Shown: positions 13,735 to 25,423 of the stretch, one piece after another
Layout of the letters: every line of letters begins with the position of its first letter
How positions within the stretch are numbered: position 1 is the stretch's first letter
Source of the DNA: Phaeosaccion multiseriatum
Taxonomy: Eukaryota; Protista; Ochrophyta, other classes
DNA: 64,000 nucleotides
Assembly: GCA_965112735.1 (NCBI GenBank)
Contig: OZ218953.1
Location: 5,332,001 to 5,396,000 of the forward strand
Reading direction: 5' to 3'
Notes under the pieces: generated by a model
Databases searched by the model: none
Seen by the model: only the letters and a program-made list of their open reading frames with translations
Told to the model about the DNA's origin: nothing
Position numbers and translations under genes: made by a program

Positions 13735-16700
13735 TCACACGCCCACGGTGGTGCTCTTGTCCTCCTTGGCCTCTAGATACGCCTTCCAGCCCTGCTCCTC
13801 AAGCAGCGCCGCCTTGGCCAACACTTCCTCCTCCTGCGAGGCTTGGAAGCCGCTCATGTCCCCCAGCAGGCTCTCCTTGCCCACCCCGAGTATCCGCACC
13901 GCAAGCAGCCCCGCGTTCATGGCGTTGCCAATCGCCACCGTGGCGACGGGCACGCCTCTCGGCATCTGTGCAAACACAAACGCAACAGCGACCGCCGGAA
14001 TAGGAGGAAGGCAAAGCACAGGGAGAGCGAGGGGGTGGGCACAGGTCGGTGAATGCACAGGAGAAGGGGCGAGGTAGAGGGGCACATTAGACGTGCGAGT
14101 GTTCATGGAAAGTGCACTCCTTCTTCTCCGGTCCCTGCGGGCAACGTACGCACGACACACGGCATCAAAGGTAGAGCATACACACACATACACACACGCG
14201 CGCACCTGCACGATGGAGTAAAGCGAGTCCACCCCGCTGAGCGAGGAAGTCTTGACAGGCACCCCCACCACGGGCAAAGACGTCATTGCCGCCACCATCC
14301 CGGGCAGGTGCGCCGCCCCGCCCGCCCCCGCGATGATGACCTTGAGCCCTCGCTCCACGGCCCCTCGCGCGTAGCTCATGAGCCGGTCAGGGGTGCGGTG
14401 TGCGGAGACAATGGTCACCTCGAAGGGTACGTTGAACTGCTCAAGCACCTTGGCGGCGGCGGACATGGTGGGCAGGTCGGAGTCGCTACCCATGATGATG
14501 CCCACCACCGCCCCGCACGAAGCGGGCAAGGCGTGCAGCTGTTGCTGTTTTTCTGTAACGGCACTTGAAGAGGAGGTGCAAGCTGCTGAAGACGGCGCGG
14601 CGGCGGAGGAGGCGTCGTCTGTGAGGAGGAGGCCGAAGGGGCGCACCCTCTGCTTGAGCTCGTAGAGGCTGTCCGCAGTGAAGGTGATGTGCGCCATCTT
14701 GCGGCCCTTGCGGGACTCCGCCTTGCCGTACCAGTGCAGGCCTGCGCCGGGGGAGGACATGGCTTGGTGCATGACACTCTTGGTCTGCTCCATGTCCGGC
14801 CTGAGATGGGGGGATGGCAGCGTATGGAGGAGAGAGGAGAGAGGAGAGAGGAGGAGGACAAGACCAAAGGGAAGGCGTTAAAGAGGGCGAGGAGGCCAAG
14901 AAAGGCGCCGGCGTCGAAAAGACGTGAGGTGAAAGGCGCCGGCATCCGAAAGGCGTGAGGTGAGGCGCCAGACAACAAAGGATGGCAACAGACACCGCTG
15001 CACGAGACGGCGTCAGAAGACGCACCCTTCACCCAGAACGTTGAGCATCATGCTGGCCCCCACGCGCATGGCAGTGCTGCCCAGCGGCAGGCCCAGCACG
15101 GCCCTGAGGTGGTTCTCGAACTGATCGCACTCGCACGCCTCCATGGTGTAGTGGCCTGAGTTGTGCGGCCTGGGGGCGATCTCGTTGAGCAGCACTTGTC
15201 CGTCGGAGAGCAGGAACAGCTCCACCCCGAAGATGCCTGCTCCCCACAGAGCGGCCACCGCCTGGGGATGGGTGTGGGCATGCAAGCATGACGAAAGGTA
15301 CCGAGAGGAGGGAGGGAAGTTTTGGTTTGGCGGGCGGTGGGGAAGGGGCTCCGCGGCAGACGGCTATCTGGCCTCTGCTGGTGCTATCTGACCTCTGTCT
15401 CGCACTCACCTTACTCGCCACCTCCTGGGCAAGTTTCTCCGACGCTTTGCTTATCTGTGGAATGGAGGAGGGTTTCCAAGAAGGAGGGTGGGTAGGCAGT
15501 GAGAAGGGCGCCCATACTTTGCTGGGAGGAAGGAAGGGGGGAGGTAACGCACGAGGCACGCCCAGAGGACATATCCAAGACGCTGCTCCGACTCACTCAC
15601 TCACTCACTCACTCACTCACTCACTCACTCACTCACTCACTCACCCGTGCTGGCGTGAGGGTGGTGTGGCAGACATTGTCCTTTTGCACGGTTTCCACGA
15701 CGGGATAAGACACAGTCACGGCCTCCCCCTCTCCCCCGCTCTTGTCGCTGCTGCGCACCACCATCACCGCCAGCTCCCTCTGGAAGGGGCACCACTTCTC
15801 AATGTAGAGCCCCTCCCCCCCCAGCGCCTCCCAGGCTTGCGGGAAGGCCTCTTCACTCTCCACCACGGCGTTGCCCCTTGGTTTACAGGCACGTGGAAAG
15901 ATGAAACTTTAGGCACACCAGCAGCATGACGGGGGCGAGAAAGGTTGCTTCCTCTGAGCCTCGGAAGGACGCGACGTTCCAGAGCATGAACAAAGATTGA
16001 TTGGCGCACATACGTGCAGCAAAACAGACACAGCAGGGTGTCTATTGCACCGGCCTTCGCAGCTCACTCACTTTCCGTCGTACGCCATCCGCTTGTTCTT
16101 GAGCATAAGTGGGTACCCGAAGCGCCGCCCAACTTGCCGCGCTGTGTCCAGGTCGGGGGCGTCGGCAAAGTCCCCCACGGGAATACCGTGCTGGACCACG
16201 TGCTCCTACCCCAGAAGGGCGCGAGCGAGGAAGGGAGGGAGGGAGAGAGGGAGGGAGGGAGGGAGGGAGGGAGGGAGGGAGGGAGGGAGGGAGGGAGGGA
16301 GGGAGGGAGGGAGGGAGGGAGGGAGGGAGGGAGGGAGGGAGGGAGGGAGGGAGGGAGGGAGGGAGGGAGGGAGGGAGGGAGGGAGGGAGGGAGGGAGGGA
16401 GGGAGGGAGGGAGGGAGGGAGGGAGGGAGGGAGGGAAGGAAGGAGGGAGGGAGGGAGGGAGGCAGCAGATGAGAGGCAGGTCTGTCCGCTTTGCAAAGTA
16501 CATTGTGCCTGTTATGGATCAGTGCCGGGCAAGGCAATCAATCACCTTTTGCGCGAATTTATCCTGAATGACGCGAATGGTGCGCGGGCTGGGCTCCACT
16601 TGGGTGCCCTTGAGCACCAGCGCGTCCAGCATGTCGCAGTTCACGTGTTCGATCTCGACTGTGAGCACGTCACACAGGCTCGATAGCTCGCTGGGTGGGG

Positions 16701-17119
16701 GGGGGGGGGGTTAAGGGGGAGAGAAGACAGGGAGGGGGGGGGGCAGAGAGAGAACGGGGAAGAAGAGAGGAAGAGATAGAATGGGTGGGAATGATGAGCA
16801 ATAGGAGAGAGAGATGAAAGGGAAAGCGGCGAGGAGAAGTTTCCTCCTCGTCCCGTCACTCACTCGATCTTCTCAGCGTCCCTGAAGCTTCCCTCCACGG
16901 CCAGTTCGGCCACCTGCGCAGTAGATAGATAGAGAGAGGCACCACCTTTAGAAGACAGTGTGGAAATCGGAAGGCTCCAAATTGACTGACCTGGCCCGCT
17001 GGAGACTGCTTCCCTCCCGGATCCAGCACCGCCAGCTTGATGCCTAGTCGGTGGCCTGCTTCTGCCATCATCCTCCCCAGCTGTCCTCCGCCCAGCACAC
17101 CCACTGTTCTACTGTCCAT
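13735..17119 (-). CDS. ADE2: phosphoribosylaminoimidazole carboxylase, PurK-PurE fusion (multi-exon)
   Basis: [50 protein letters not shown] (ATP-grasp PurK); [44 protein letters not shown] (PurE). Confidence 0.95.
16232..16461 (+). repeat. (GGGA)n microsatellite in an ADE2 intron, G-quadruplex potential
   Basis: About 230 bp of near-perfect GGGA repeat. Confidence 0.95.
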
Positions 17120-17363
17120 ACTGCCCCTTGAGGGGTGGATACGGCAATGTGTTTGGAAGGTCCTTTGTCGCGTCACGGTCTTTGCTTCTCTCCGGCTTTT
17201 CAACAGCAGCAAAAATCCTGTCTGTCAGAGCAGCTGCCTCTTGGAGTGCTCTGCTTCGGTTGCTTAATCACTTGTTAATACTGGTGGCCTGTGCCCGATG
17301 GTGGGAGGGAAAAACGCCCTCAGGTGCCATCGCAACATGCTGTGGTACTCATTACTATTACCC
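17120..17363. promoter_or_regulatory. probable bidirectional promoter shared by ADE2 and CMS1
   Basis: Divergent start codons only 244 bp apart. Confidence 0.55.
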
Positions 17364-19100
17364 ATGGGCGACGACCTGGGAGAGTGGGAGGAGGAGGAGC
17401 TTGGAGATGTCAGGGCTGACATTGAGCAGGACTCGCAGGACAGCAGCGAAAATAGTGCGGGAGAGCTGGAGCAGGAGGAGATCGATGCCCTGCTTCAGAA
17501 AGGGGAAGGGCCCGCGGAGGGTGGGAGCAAGGGCAGAAAAGAGAGCAGCAGCGGCGGCGATGACGGCAGCGACGAGGAGGATGAAGAGGAGGATGAGCGG
17601 CCTAAAGGTACGAGCGTGAAGGTTGGACGGAAATTCACACAGAGAAGCCTCACCCACCATTCAACCCCCGTCATCCACTCCGCTGCGCTGATATACAGGG
17701 CGGCGGAGAAGAGAAGCGAGCGACAACGAGCCCATAAGAGGCGAGAAAGACAAGGAGGGAGGAGGAGAAAGCGATGGTGGAGCTGAAAAGGAGGAGAAGG
17801 TGTGTCTCGTGCGCACCGTAGGGGAGCACAGGGTGACACTTGCACAAGATCACATGCTTTCTCCATCTCCTCTTCGTGGACCCCACCTTCCAATCTGCAG
17901 CCCTGTCCACGCTTGCGATTTGCCGCCCTTCTATTTTCACGTCTCTCGTCTGCCCTGTGCCGTCTGCTCTCCGCAGGGCGGCAAGAAGAAGGAGGAGGAC
18001 CCGCAGGCTCTCAGCAAGCGCAAGGAGGCCAAGAAGGCCAAGCTCCAGAAACTCAAGGTGAGGCGGGATTCGCATGGCTTTGGCTGCGGCCCGCCGTGTG
18101 CTCTTCGTCTCCTTGTCGCTGCGCTTCTTTACGGCTGCCTTCTGTCCGTTCCTTCCTCGCCACGTTGATTGATGTGTGCGTCGAATCACTCCAGGAAAAG
18201 GTGAAGGAGAGGAAACGCCTGGCGAGAGAGGCTGCAGCAGCCGCCACTGGGCAACCCGGGACGGGCGGGGCTGATGGGGGTGAGAAGCAGACCACCAAGG
18301 AAGATCACAAAGGCAACAGCCAGCAGCGCGGGGAAGACCCGATGGCATCTGCTGCCTTCCTCTGGTCCCGCTTCAAGGCCATTGCGGCGGACAGCCTGAG
18401 TGACGTGGAGAAGGAGGGGGAGGGCTGGGTCCGACCTGCGCACATTGGCACAGTACCGGACTTTGGGCGGCACACGGACGCCAAGCTGGTGGGGTACATC
18501 AAGTCCCTCTGCCCAAAGTGGAAGGACATGATGGAGGAGGAAGGGGACGGAGAGGGGGAGGACCCGGAAAAGGTGGCCGCCCGGAGAAAGAAGAAGAAGC
18601 GCAAGAGAGGAGGAGTGGAGGCTGCGGCCGCGGCCACGGGTAGCCCGTCCATCCTCGTGGTGTGCGCGGGAGCGAGGCGGTGTGTGGAGCTGCTCAAGCA
18701 TCTCTCCGCCTTCAAATCTCCGGTGAGGGACTGGAAGTGCAACCTCCCTCGAAGCGTGTGTGTGCAGTTTCACCTCGCAGTACCAGCAGACACCTCTCAC
18801 CGCTGAAGCCACTTGACATTCCTCTGAGTGATACCCCATCCCCACTCTCACTGACTTGCTGTCTGTGCAGGTGTGCAAGCTCTTCTCCAAGCACATGAAG
18901 GCTGACGAGCAGCGCAAGATGCTGTCCAACTCGGGCAAGAGGCACTGGCCCGTGGCGGTGGGCACGCCTGCTCGCCTCCGTCTGCTACTGTCCGAGCCGA
19001 AGGGGGGAGGGCCCAACGGAGTGCTGTCTCTTGCGGGCACTTCGCTCGTGGTCATCGACATGCACATGGATCAGAAGGTCAGCGACGCGCGCGCGCGTGT

Positions 19101-19141
<41 letters not shown>

Positions 19142-19420
19142 TGTGTGTGTGCGTGTGTGTGTGTGTGTGGGATACAAGGGAGGGCATGTTGGCTCTGTCG
19201 TGGCAAGGACTCTGACCTCGCTCGTGCCTCTCTCTTGTTCGCTTACTGTGTTCTGACTGTGTGTGTGCGTTAGGGCCGGACTGTGCTGGACAGTCACGAC
19301 ACGCAAGGCCCCGTCATGGCCTTCCTGGAGGAGGCTGCTCGGCCGAGGCTGGAGCGGCAGGAGGATGCGCTGGCAGCCGGGGCCAAGGGCCGAGGGCTGC
19401 TGAAGCTGGCGCTGTACTGA
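17364..19420 (+). CDS. CMS1: Cms1/CMSS1-like 90S pre-ribosome factor (degenerate DEAD-box fold)
   Basis: Acidic/basic N-terminus starting MGDDL; SPSILVVCAGARRCVELL, KLFSKHMKADEQ, VAVGTPARL, VVIDMHMDQK match Cms1 motifs across GT-AG introns. Confidence 0.85.
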
Positions 19421-20189
19421 GACGGCACAGGCGATGCGTGTTCGCATCCCTGCCCTCGTGCTGCGCCCGGCACTGCCTCGCGAGGCGGGTGGGCGGGCTG
19501 CTGACTGACTGACTGACTGACTCCGCCCCTCGACAGCTACATTCTACAGGGGAGGAAATCACATACAGCACTCTCACACACAGGGAGGGGGGGAGTTCAC
19601 GTAGAGAGGGTGTGGGGGAATATCGATGCCATGATTGGAATGGAGCCATGCCGACTTCCTTTTGGCATCATAACCCCACCGGCACATACATATATATAGG
19701 GGCCGATATGATATCGGCCCACTCATCCAGGTATCGGCCCCTCCCCCACGGCATAAGGCTGCTGGGTGGTCCGGGTGCCTCCGGGGCTTGTGGAGGATTG
19801 TGGAGGCTATGTAGCTCTCATCCAGGTTGCGTAGGAGGGGTGGGGTTAGGGAGGGGATGGAGTTGGAGAGGTACGCGGGTTATGAGGGGGTTAGGTCAGG
19901 CACGCCATTGGAGTTGAGCCACACCATCTGTACGGGGAGCTGGCAGGTGGTGGGGACCGTGAGAAGTACGTGGCGTGCAAGAGGCGTGCAGGAGACGCGG
20001 GCAACACTGGGCTGGGGGGGGGGGGGCGAGGGCGGAGGCGAGGACCCGGGATGGAGACTGAGGCGGAGGAAGGCTAAATAAAAGGATGGATGCTCGTGTA
20101 TATTTTATAATTTGTTATATGGCCCTGGCGCTCTTCATATCCTCACCCTTACCCTCAGCCAGTCTCTCACCCTCTCCGCCCATCGCCCA

Positions 20190-20495
20190 CCGCCCACACA
20201 CACACGCTCACACACCCACACACACGCTCACACACCCACACCCACACTCACACACCCACACCCACACACACGCTCCCACACCCACACACACGCTCACACA
20301 CCCACACACACGCTCACACACCCACACCCACACTCACACACCCACACCCACACACACGCTCACACACCCACACACACGCTCACACACACACCACACCCAC
20401 ACACACCCACATTAAACACACACGCACCCACCCACACGCACACACACACAACCATACCCACACATACACATACTCACACGCACGCACACGCACGC
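20190..20495 (+). repeat. degenerate CA-rich minisatellite
   Basis: Repeated cacacacgctcacacaccca units. Confidence 0.85.
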
Positions 20496-20560
20496 GTCCC
20501 GATGTGACGTCACACAAATTATCGGCCCCGATATACCTATGTCGACCCCGATACATATCG

Positions 20561-20655
20561 TCGACCCCTGACGTGCTATCTGCTATCGCCGGCGCCAGCC
20601 GGTGTTCTATGTGCTATCGCCGGCGGCCGATAGCATGCTATCGCGAATGCGTCGA
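20561..20655. mobile_element. MITE family A, short derivative, 6-bp TSD ATATCG
   Basis: Begins TCGACCCCTGAC, ends GTCGA, contains gctatcgccggcgccagccgg repeats; ATATCG at 20555-20560 and 20656-20661. Confidence 0.75.
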
Positions 20656-20817
20656 ATATCGGCCCCTATCCTATATGGAGATCTCGGGGCCGATGTCGGG
20701 CCCGATCTTATGTACGCCCCGATGTAGGAGACATCGGCCCCGACACGGCCCCGATATCATCGCCCGATATGGGTACACTATGATTGCAAAACTTTAAAAC
20801 CTTTTTCCGAAACGGAA

Positions 20818-21599
20818 TCACGCTCACTGATGCCACCAACATCACCAATAGGGCCAATGCATCGAAGGAGGCACTCGCGGCAGCCAAGAGGGCTGAAGTC
20901 GACTGAAGCAACCAAGCGCACCAAGTAGTATATGGGGTGCCACGGCGGGAAGGCATGGAAGACCAGGGTGAAGACATCCACTATGACCCCACGAGGTACC
21001 GTTTAGTTCCGTTTGGGATGGAGCAGCAGGGGGCATTTGGTCCTTCAGCTCAGGTGTCTATCAAAACACTCGCCACCCACATGTGACACATGGCTGGGGG
21101 GCACGAACATCTGGACATGATGGCTTGTGCGAGAGCTGTTTGCGTCATTCGGCGGCGATTGGCCGTGGCGCTCCAGCGGGCCCGACACGAACGATCGATT
21201 CGACACAGAATCTTCGCTGGTACTGTTCCGATGTCGACCCCTGACACACTATCGCCCACATTCTCGATAGCGCGCTATCGGCAGCGCGCTATCGGCCGCG
21301 GCCGATAGCGGATAGCGTGCCGGCTGGCGCCGGCCGATAGCGGATAGCGCGCCGGCTGGCGGATAGTACGCCCCAACAACCCCCCCCCCCCCCAAAGCCG
21401 GCTGACGCTGCCGATAGCGGATAGCGCGCCGGCGCCTAGCGTGCCGGCTGCGCCGGCGATAGCGGATAGCGCGCCGGCTGGCGCCGGCGATAGCGGATAG
21501 TTGAGATGGGGAGGAATGAAGAGTGAGACGGAAAGGTAATTGGGGCGGTGAGCCATTACTTTTAGACAACCATAGATGGCACTTAAGGGAGGGTGTAAT
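20818..21599 (+). mobile_element. degenerate 3' fragment of a CRE-clade non-LTR retrotransposon (REL endonuclease end + 3' UTR), interrupted by a MITE
   Basis: Matches the 41.3-41.9 kb copy (TLTDATNITNRA...HYDPTRY.LVPFGMEQQGAFGPSAQ...RRRLAVALQRAR) but with stops; shares the 3' UTR cattacttttagacaa.catagatggcacttaaggg...tgtaat. Confidence 0.85.
21234..21500. mobile_element. MITE family A copy (one TIR lost), nested in the CRE fragment
   Basis: Starts TCGACCCCTGACACACTATCG, the reverse complement of the right end of the 31552-31924 copy; internal GATAGCGGATAGCGCGCCGG repeats. Confidence 0.8.
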
Positions 21600-21774
21600 T
21601 TCTTCAATCTCTTCCCTTCCCTGTAGCGCCCTCCTCCCGCACGGAGATGGAATAGCAGGCTTGGAAGAGGCACAGAGGTTTCCTCAGGAATCTTTCTTCG
21701 CGTTCTATGCACAGGCCCTGGCAAGGAGTGTTCAGAAAGACCCGCTGTTTATATGCTGAAAAGGGTTGGGGGGA

Positions 21775-24700
21775 ATGGGGGGTGGGCGGCCATCGCACTC
21801 GGAGAACCTTCTATACGACCACGGCGAGGGCGATGACGAAGACGGCTCACTGGAGAACAGTCCTCTCGGTGCGGTGGGTACGTATTCTTCCTTCGGAACG
21901 TACAACAATGGCAGTGCGCGGCCGCTCAGTGGCAGCATGCGGCTGGCACCACTAGGGCCCGCTTCGCCGGTGGGAGGGGGAGGAGGAGGAGGAGGAGGAG
22001 GAGGAGGAGGAGGAGGAGGAGGGGTGGGGGGGTCAATGGGGATAGGGAGCAGTGGCATGGTGGAGAGGCACTACCAGCACCACCACCACCAGCTGCAGCA
22101 GCTTGGCGTGGGCACCTACGGGGACCCACACTACCTGGCGAGCGGGGCCAAGATGGTGACCAGCGCTGGGTACGGGGCCGAGAAGGGTAACCACACCATC
22201 GTGTACCTGAGTGCGTTCTGCAGCAGCCTCACCTCGGTGCTGCTTGGCTACGACGTCGGCGTCATGTCTGGCGCCATCAGTTGAGTTTCGAACCCCTTGA
22301 AGGCGCGGAGGGTCACCGCTCTGCCCTTGTACCCTTCCCTTAGTGTCATGCTAGCTGGAGCGGGCTCAATCCCGGTTTGATTGATATGTCCCTGTGAGCA
22401 GGCGTGTGTTGTGCCATTCAGTCCAGTTTAGTTAGGAGATGCGCCGTGCGTTGATACGTAAACTGTACACGCCCTGCCCCCCCCCCTTCTAGTCTTCATC
22501 AGTCAGGAGTTCGAGCTCACCATAGTGCAGCAAGAGCTCACGGTCGGGATTCTCAACATCGTAAGTGTATAGATAGAGATACCGACTTAATGAGATAGAG
22601 CTCAGCCTTTGCCCCTTCCATGCCTCTCAGGTAGCAGCGGTGGGGGCCATTCTCGCTGGGACCCTGGCGGACTGGCTGGGGAGGAAGAAGGCTATTGGCG
22701 TCGCCTGTGGGTAAGCTCACCACACACTCCCTGGGAAAGCAAAGCACTCGAGAGAAGATGCTTGTCGCCTCTTGAATTGCCAATCACCCTCCGCTCTGCT
22801 CTGTACTGTCGCAGCAGTGTGAATGTCGCTCGGACGCAAGCCTCATCCACATGTTCGTTCTCCACCCTGCTGCTCTGTTATACCCGCTACACCTCTCCCT
22901 CGCTATCTCCGTCTCCGCAGCTTGTTCCTGTGGGGCACAGTGACGATGCTGGTGGCCAACAGCTTCACCTCGCTGCTCGTCGGGCGCATTGTAACGGGCA
23001 TCGGCGTGGGGGCGGGCCTGGTGGTGCCGCCGCTGTACATCACTGAGCTCACACCGCCGAGCCTCAGAGGGAAGCTTGGCACCATGGCGGACATCTTCAT
23101 CAACTTTGGGTGAGCCAGTGTGTGTGTGTGCCTGAGTATATGTGTGTGTGCGTATGTATATATGTGTGCGTGTGTGAGAGAGAGAGGTAGCGCTTAGATT
23201 TCCCGCAGAAGCCTTGTAAGCCTGAACTATAAAAGTCAGCCGATTCTCAGTCTCACTTTGCTGCCTTCTTATGCTGCCCCCCCCCCCTCCCTTCAGTATC
23301 GTACTCGGGTACCTGTCGAGCTACGTGTGCGAGCTGTGTATCGAGCGAAACGGTCTCAAGTGGCGCACCATGCTGGGCCTGGGCCTTGTCCCACCCGTGC
23401 TCATATGCATCTGGTGCGTTAGAAAGTAGATTCGTCGATCGACTGATCGATTGCCTTTGCCTTCCTTCTAGCACTTGTCTTGGGTAGAGTATGCCTGCTG
23501 TAGTCCTATTGATCCCCCCCCCCTCCCTTCCCCATTCTTGCCGCTTCAGTCTCTTCTTCATGCCCGAGAGCCCCCGATGGCTCATCAGCAGAGGGCAGGT
23601 GCGTGAGGGTTTCCGCATCCTGTGTCGCATCATGGGAGACGAGCAGCTCGCCAGCGAGAAGGTGCAGGCAATAGGCAACTCCTTCCGGCAGCACTCGTCC
23701 TCCGAGGACACCAGGTGGTCGGATCTCCTGTGGCCCAAGGACAGGCTCATTCAGTCGGCGATGGTGATCGGCCTCGGCCTGGGCTTCTGGCAGCAGGCGT
23801 CGGGCAGTGAAGCGGCGGTGTACTACACACCCACCATCTTGCTCAACGCGGGGCTGGCATCGAGAAAGACGCTGCTCATCGGTACCGTCGCCGTGGGGTC
23901 TTGCAAGCTGGGAGGAGAGGTCATCTCCGCCTTTCTGCTGGACCATGTGGGCCGCATCCCGCTCTTCGTCATCAGCGCCAGCTCCTGCACGGCCGTTCTG
24001 GGGCTGCTGTCCGCGGCCTTCTACCAGGGCTGGGACCCCATGCCCTACACCGTGGTGCTGCTGTGTCTCTTCATGATCTCATTCAGCGTGGGCATGGGGC
24101 CGCTCACGTTCCTCGTGTCCGCCGAGATCTTCCCTCTGCACATTCGAGGCCGCGCAGTGTCGCTGGTGGTGTCTGTGAACCGCTTCCTGAGCGGCGTGAT
24201 CAGTGTGTCATTCCTCAGTCTGACGGAGCTAGTCAGCACGGGGGGTGCCTTCCTGTGTTTTGCCTCTCTGAGCTTCATGTCCGTCTTCTTCTATCTATTT
24301 TGGGTGCCCGAGACGCGCGGAAGGACTCTGGAGGACATATCACACCACTTGGCCCATGAGTTTCGCCTTCCCTGCACACCCAAGCCCACACACAAGTGAG
24401 TACCTTGGTAGTGCTTTGTCCTTTGAAGTACTGACCTGTGCCTGCCCGCTTGGGCTTAGAATAAGAAGTAGGCTCCTGTTTTAAGTGTTCCGACGACAGC
24501 AGGGACAGCACGGGGGTTTGGGGGGGGGAGATGGCACGCTCACCCATTGTTGAGTCTTCCTCAAGCTGCTCACTTCTCCACCCTCCCACCCCCGTGCACC
24601 CTCTTATACATGTGTGTCTGACTCTCTCGCTGCCCACAAAGGCAAGTGCATGCATATACCGTGGGCAGCGGAGGACGGGCAGGAGGAGGAGGAGGAGGAG

Positions 24701-24815
24701 GAGGGCGGCGAGGAGGAGCAGCAGCGGGAGGAGTAGTAGGATTAGGGGGAGGAGGAGGAGGAGGAGGAGGAGGAGGAGGAGGAAGAGGAAGAGGAGGAGG
24801 AGGAGCAGGAGGAGG

Positions 24816-24848
<33 letters not shown>

Positions 24849-25158
24849 CGCGGGTAGCAGGAGCAGTATGCGCCTCGGGGACACAGGACGTGACTCAAAT
24901 AGCGGTGCTGCGGAAAGTGTGGGCGGCCCGTTCCCGCAGCCACTGGAGCAGCCTCTGGGCAGCATTGGCGGCGGCAGCGGTGCAGGTACCCGCCCTCCTG
25001 CCGAAAGCAAGCACCCGAGCTTTGCGTCCGAGAGCAGCGCGCGCCTGGTCATGACCGCCAGCAGCGACTCTGTCATCGGTCTTGCAGCGGGGAATGGGCG
25101 GGCCTCCAGGGTGGGCTCTGTGTCGAACGGCCCCAACGGGCCCATCAACACGTGGTAG
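21775..25158 (+). CDS. MFS sugar porter (polyol/inositol transporter-like), multi-exon, poly-Gly tails
   Basis: LLGYDVGVMSGA, DWLGRKK, GRIVTGIGVG, YITELTPPSLRG, PESPRWL, QQASGSEAAVYY, EIFPLHIRG, PETRGRTLE. Confidence 0.92.
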
Positions 25159-25423
25159 CGGCTCCAAGTGGAACTGTAGGGGCGCGACATTTGATTGATA
25201 TTCCCTACCTCCCACGGGGGGCACTTTGGGCAATGTTCTTGTTGGTCATCCTTGCCATTTTCTCTCTCAAGTTCGTTACTAGTACTCTTGTGTAAAAAAA
25301 AAAAAAAAGTTAGTGTGTTTCCCAGAGTATTCCGCCCCACGATATGTGTGTGCCTCCGGTGCTGGTCCGGCCTTGGCCCAGGCAATACACCCGGCCGTCT
25401 GAGCAGCGTGGTGGGGCGGTGCT

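Larger units (their letters stand above)
19697..20669. mobile_element. putative non-autonomous TIR element with (T)AGGGGCCGATATG ends and an internal CA-rich minisatellite
   Basis: ATAGGGGCCGATATG at about 19696 is inverted at CATATCGGCCCCTAT once the nested 20561-20655 element is removed. Related GCCGAT/ATCGGC motifs continue to about 20770, so the boundary is uncertain. Confidence 0.45.

Noticed and set aside
15997-16686. ORFs with REGG/PPSL repeats
   Set aside because: Translation of the intronic (GGGA)n microsatellite.
20086-20507. His/Thr-rich ORFs
   Set aside because: Translation of the CA-rich minisatellite.
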